From the NCBI GenBank assembly GCA_965198235.1, contig OZ240248.1, forward strand, positions 800,001 to 864,000: 64,000 nucleotides of DNA. Reading direction: 5' to 3'. The position numbers and the translations under genes are program-made. Position 1 is the first letter of the stretch, and each line of letters starts with the position of its first letter. The notes under the pieces are model-generated. The model was not told the DNA's origin. It did not search any database and saw only the letters and a program-made list of their open reading frames with translations. Shown here piece after piece: positions 60,135-64,000 of the stretch. The DNA is from Candidatus Poribacteria bacterium (GTDB taxonomy: Bacteria; Poribacteria; WGA-4E; WGA-3G).

Positions 60135-61676
60135 CTACCGCTCCCCCTTAAATAGCTTCAACCTCCCCTCAGATGCCACCAGCGTATAACATGCCGCAAT
60201 TGCCTCGGCGACAATAGGTTCGTCCGGGGTGTCCCACAGCAATAGATAATCTACATTGTCAGCATAATCGCAGAGGTCAATCTTTTCGGGGTGCCAGTGC
60301 ACGACCTGCACCCACTCCTTCTCCTCTAATGGGGTCTCAAAATCGGCGTTGAATCGGATTGGAAAGTAGTCGAACTGTATTTCATAGTTGCCGAGGTTGA
60401 TGCATCCATTGTCAAGGCAATAGTAATTGGCAGCGTTGACAAAGATGCCTACACGCTTGGAGCTACCTCGCGGATCAAAGTGCAGCGGAAGGATGACCTT
60501 GTTCTTCCCAACCCGCTGTACAAAAGCGTTAAACTCGCGTATCTCGGCGTTGAGATTCCTGAAGAGAATGCCAACATAGAGGATGTTAAGGAGCGCGAGA
60601 AGTATGACTATCGCTGCGAATACGCGTCTCCATGGAAGAGGATCAGGAACACGAAACCATGCAAATATGGCGAGGACAGCCAAAATAGCGAGCCTGTCAT
60701 TAACCCAGCCACCGGGACCTATAGAGTTCGGCAAAATAAAATAAAGCCCGAAAAGTACACCAGCAAGACAGAGAAATGCCCTTTGTCCGAGGTATCCCTC
60801 TTCGGTGGCTCTCCTATTCTGCCAGATTGTTACAGCGGCAAGAAAGAGCAGGAAGACAGAGACCGCAGCAGAAATCCAACTTGGAGGTTCGGCGTAGGCT
60901 ACAAGGACGTGCATACCGATTAAGTTATTGAATAACTCTCCGATCCGTCCGATTCCAAATTCGGGAGGTTTTCCTGCAAGGAGATCAGAGGTAGGAAGAT
61001 AGACAAGGATGAGTACAGCTGCAGGTAGCAGATAACACCCTGTAATCAGGATTCGCTTGAGGTCACGCTTGAAATAGAACAGTGCCAGCAAGGCTATAGA
61101 GAACAGAATGAAAGCGTATGAGATGAGGTGCGCAAAATAGGTAATAACGATAAGCAGATTGAGCAGAATAATCCGTGTCCTGTTCATCTCATCCTTGTGT
61201 TTCCACCAGTAACCAAGTGCAAGGAAAAAGAGAGGCACGCTGACAGCAAAATTATAGAAGCCCATGAGAAAGAGGTAATTATAGATAAAGGTAAAACTGA
61301 GTATTACGAGAGGATGTCGTCCGCGTTGGACAGCCTCGAGAAAATAGTGGATTGCAAGAGGGAACAGGATGACATAGAGGCTCAGAAAAATTTTCTCAGC
61401 AACGAGAGGCGGGAAGACGAACATTAACATCGCTAACGAAAAGTGGGAAAGCCAGTTAGGAAAAGGGTACCAGTTAATCTCGTAATAGTCGCGAAACTGA
61501 TATTCTGGGTTGTTATACTCAGTCAAAATTTGCGAGTTATAAACATGGCTCACTCCATCTTGTGTTGGAAAATAGGGGAACAACCATATCGGTAGTAAAT
61601 AGACGAGGATTAGCGCACCAATCAAAAGCACCCCCCTTTTATGTAGAAGTGTGTAGAAGCGAGAAAAGAATGTCAT
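60135..61676 (-). CDS. Polytopic membrane protein, possibly GT-C glycosyltransferase-like
   Basis: YFPTQDGVSHVYN, PFPNW, MGFYNF, many TM segments, YFPIRF. Confidence 0.65.
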   Translation of the reverse strand: MTFFSRFYTLLHKRGVLLIGALILVYLLPIWLFPYFPTQDGVSHVYNSQILTEYNNPEYQFRDYYEINWYPFPNWLSHFSLAMLMFVFPPLVAEKIFLSLYVILFPLAIHYFLEAVQRGRHPLVILSFTFIYNYLFLMGFYNFAVSVPLFFLALGYWWKHKDEMNRTRIILLNLLIVITYFAHLISYAFILFSIALLALFYFKRDLKRILITGCYLLPAAVLILVYLPTSDLLAGKPPEFGIGRIGELFNNLIGMHVLVAYAEPPSWISAAVSVFLLFLAAVTIWQNRRATEEGYLGQRAFLCLAGVLFGLYFILPNSIGPGGWVNDRLAILAVLAIFAWFRVPDPLPWRRVFAAIVILLALLNILYVGILFRNLNAEIREFNAFVQRVGKNKVILPLHFDPRGSSKRVGIFVNAANYYCLDNGCINLGNYEIQFDYFPIRFNADFETPLEEKEWVQVVHWHPEKIDLCDYADNVDYLLLWDTPDEPIVAEAIAACYTLVASEGRLKLFKGER

Positions 61677-61908
61677 CGTTTTTCCCTTTATCTTATTTTG
61701 ACGTAACTCGTAGGTTTCCAAAACTTGCTGTTAAAAGATCAATCTTGAAATTTTTAGGGCTTCAGTTATAATGGTATCATGTTTTCACATTTTGTGAATA
61801 ACATTTTTGCCTATCCTACAAAATATATTGGTCGCTTTGCACCTTAATAAAAGCGGCTTTTTAGGAATCATTATTTTTTCGAGGTGCAAATTATCGGAGA
61901 ATAATTTC

Positions 61909-63243
61909 ATGAATCAAGATGAGGTCAAACGTTTAGTTGAAGAGAACGGTATTGAGTTTTTTCTATGCTCTTTCGTAGAGATGAGCGGTGCCCCGAAGGC
62001 AAAGGTTATTCCATCCACACACCTCGAAAATATGGCAGAAGAAGGCGCGGGTTTCGGTGGCTTCGCCGCAGGTGAGATAGGGCAATATCCCCACGACCCG
62101 GAGATGGCAAGTATCCCCGACTTTAACTCGCTGACAATTGTGCCGTGGCGGAAAAACATAGCGTGGGTAGCAGGAGACATGTATGTTGAAGGCGAAGCGT
62201 GGCACTACTGTCCGAGAACCATTCTGCGGCGGCAATTGGAAAAAGCGAGGGAGAACGGTTATATCTTCAACGTCGGCATAGAGGCAGAATTCATGCTGTT
62301 GAAACAGGATGAGACCGGTTCCTATGCCCCATGGGACAAGCTTGATACGTTGGATAAGCCGTGCTACGATCTAAGGGCACTCCATCGTAACCTTGATACG
62401 ATGACTACCCTGATTAAATACATGCAAGAATTGGAGTGGGAGCCCTACGCAAACGACCATGAAGATGGAACGTGTCAGTTCGAGGCAAACTGGACCTATT
62501 CGGACGCACTTACGACAACGGATCGGCATACCTTCTTCAAATGGATGGTCAAAACGCTTGCAGAGGAACGTGGGTTGTTGGCAACGTTTATGCCGAAACC
62601 GTTTACCAATTTGACGGGAAACGGTGCACACTTCCACATGAGCCTCTGGGATGAAGGAAATCAAACGAATCTGTTTCTGGATGAGGATGATAGAAACGGC
62701 TTGTCTCAACTTGCTTACTGGTTTACAGGCGGTATTCTCAAACATGCGAAAGCAGTAACGGCGGTTACGAACCCGCTTGTGAACAGCTACAAACGTTTAG
62801 TTCGCAGACCACCGCGTTCCGGTTCATCGTGGGCACCGGTTTACGTCACCTACGGGGCGAACAATCGGACACAGATGATTCGGATTCCCGCACCGGGACG
62901 AATTGAGAACCGATTAGGCGATGGAGCAGCAAATCCTTACCTCGCGGCGACAGTTCTGCTTGCAGCGGGTCTGGACGGCATCGAACATCAGATCGATCCG
63001 GGGGTACAGAACGAGGATAACCTTTATGAGGTCCCGGAGGACGAATTGCAACAGCGCGGTATAGGTTCTCTACCTGCAACGCTCGGCGAAGCGGCAGACA
63101 CCCTCGAAAAAGATGAAGTAATTAAGAATGCACTCGGAATGGAATATGCTGATTACTACATTCAGGTTAAACGCGAGGAATGGCGCAACTACCATTGGAA
63201 CGTCAGCCAGTGGGAAATTGATAACTACTTAGAGGTTTACTAA
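61909..63243 (+). CDS. glnT: Glutamine synthetase-family ligase, GlnT/GmaS-like
   Basis: GAPKAKVIP, GIEAEF, KPCYD, NDHED...QFE.NW, TFMPKPF, NSYKRL, NNRTQMIR, ANPYLA. Confidence 0.75.
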   Translation: MNQDEVKRLVEENGIEFFLCSFVEMSGAPKAKVIPSTHLENMAEEGAGFGGFAAGEIGQYPHDPEMASIPDFNSLTIVPWRKNIAWVAGDMYVEGEAWHYCPRTILRRQLEKARENGYIFNVGIEAEFMLLKQDETGSYAPWDKLDTLDKPCYDLRALHRNLDTMTTLIKYMQELEWEPYANDHEDGTCQFEANWTYSDALTTTDRHTFFKWMVKTLAEERGLLATFMPKPFTNLTGNGAHFHMSLWDEGNQTNLFLDEDDRNGLSQLAYWFTGGILKHAKAVTAVTNPLVNSYKRLVRRPPRSGSSWAPVYVTYGANNRTQMIRIPAPGRIENRLGDGAANPYLAATVLLAAGLDGIEHQIDPGVQNEDNLYEVPEDELQQRGIGSLPATLGEAADTLEKDEVIKNALGMEYADYYIQVKREEWRNYHWNVSQWEIDNYLEVY

Positions 63244-63298
63244 TATCGAGAATCATGAACGCAATGTGCGCCTACAAGAAGATAGAGGAAAAGAATCG

Positions 63299-64000
63299 GT
63301 GAAAATTTTATTCAAGCTGCTCGGTTTAGTACTTGCATGTCTGTTCTTCGTTTACATAGTTAGTTGTGGACAGCGTGAAGATGATGATGAAATTACGCCA
63401 GTAGGACTGGTGAGTGTAGAGCCGGCAGATGGGAGTACTATCGACGTAAACGGAATTATTACTGTTACTTTTGACGATATTCCCGAAAACGTATCAGTGA
63501 ATATAGGTGTCCTTAAAAGAGCAGGAACAACGGTCACAATCTTAGGACCTTTCAACCCGGGTTCACTCGCACTAACAATTACTTGGGAGGATGGAACGCA
63601 AACACTCGCCTACACTGTCACAACACCTAAACCGGTGGCGACTGAACCAATCTTTGAAGGTGAACAGGAACCTATTCTTGAATCCGACCCCATTATTCCA
63701 GATGGGATGGTATTGATTCCGGAAGGCGAGTTTAAGATGGGTAGTAATGATGGCGGTGCCGACAACGATGAACAGCCGGTGCATACCGTTCACCTCAATG
63801 CGTTTTATATAGACGCAAACGAGGTAACCAATGGAGAATTTAAGGATTTCGTTCTCGCGAATCCGGGATGGCAAAAAGATCGCATTGACGCGAGGTTTCA
63901 CGACGATAGTTATCTGAAAGATTGGAATGGAAATAATTATCCCCTTGGCGAACGTGAGCATCCAGTCCGCTATGTGAGTTGGTACGCAGCGATGGCTTAC
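63299..64000 (+). CDS. FGE-sulfatase (SUMF1/EgtB-like) domain lipoprotein with Ig-like N-terminus (truncated by window end)
   Basis: Not in ORF track. GTG start, lipobox IVSC, GMVLIPEGEFKMGS...DEQPVHTV...EVTNGEF...HPVRYVSWYAA. Confidence 0.88.
   Translation, partial: MKILFKLLGLVLACLFFVYIVSCGQREDDDEITPVGLVSVEPADGSTIDVNGIITVTFDDIPENVSVNIGVLKRAGTTVTILGPFNPGSLALTITWEDGTQTLAYTVTTPKPVATEPIFEGEQEPILESDPIIPDGMVLIPEGEFKMGSNDGGADNDEQPVHTVHLNAFYIDANEVTNGEFKDFVLANPGWQKDRIDARFHDDSYLKDWNGNNYPLGEREHPVRYVSWYAAMAY

Overview
This 64-kb window of moderate GC content most resembles Candidatus Poribacteria (inference from a LamG protein with a C-terminal VEPxGKLxxTW motif, a cohesin/FlgD-like secreted protein, a dockerin protein and a PhyH dioxygenase). 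In order it contains: (1) an XRE regulator divergent from an operon encoding a ~2440-aa LysM/M28-peptidase-like/FtsX fusion, a 62-aa membrane peptide, an OPT-like transporter, a PsbP-like protein, a stand-alone PqqD/RRE protein and a LolD-type ATPase; (2) a small defence islet with a type IIG R-M enzyme and an internally deleted nuclease-NTPase gene; (3) transport and sugar genes with several pseudogenes; (4) a cohesin-Spondin_N gene next to a Reeler-dockerin gene, together resembling a split F-spondin; (5) a Fur-boxed iron/heme cluster cut short by an IS5; (6) a TPP-riboswitch thiXY-thiO-thiS-thiG operon. Opposite the end of thiG, a perfect sigma70 promoter precedes an ORF-less ~420-nt structured region ending in an IS200/IS605-type right end, a candidate orphan omega/reRNA. 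Intergenic space carries at least three repeat families, including a 130-240 bp element with terminal inverted repeats and covarying hairpins. All domain calls come from motif recognition by eye; no searches were run.
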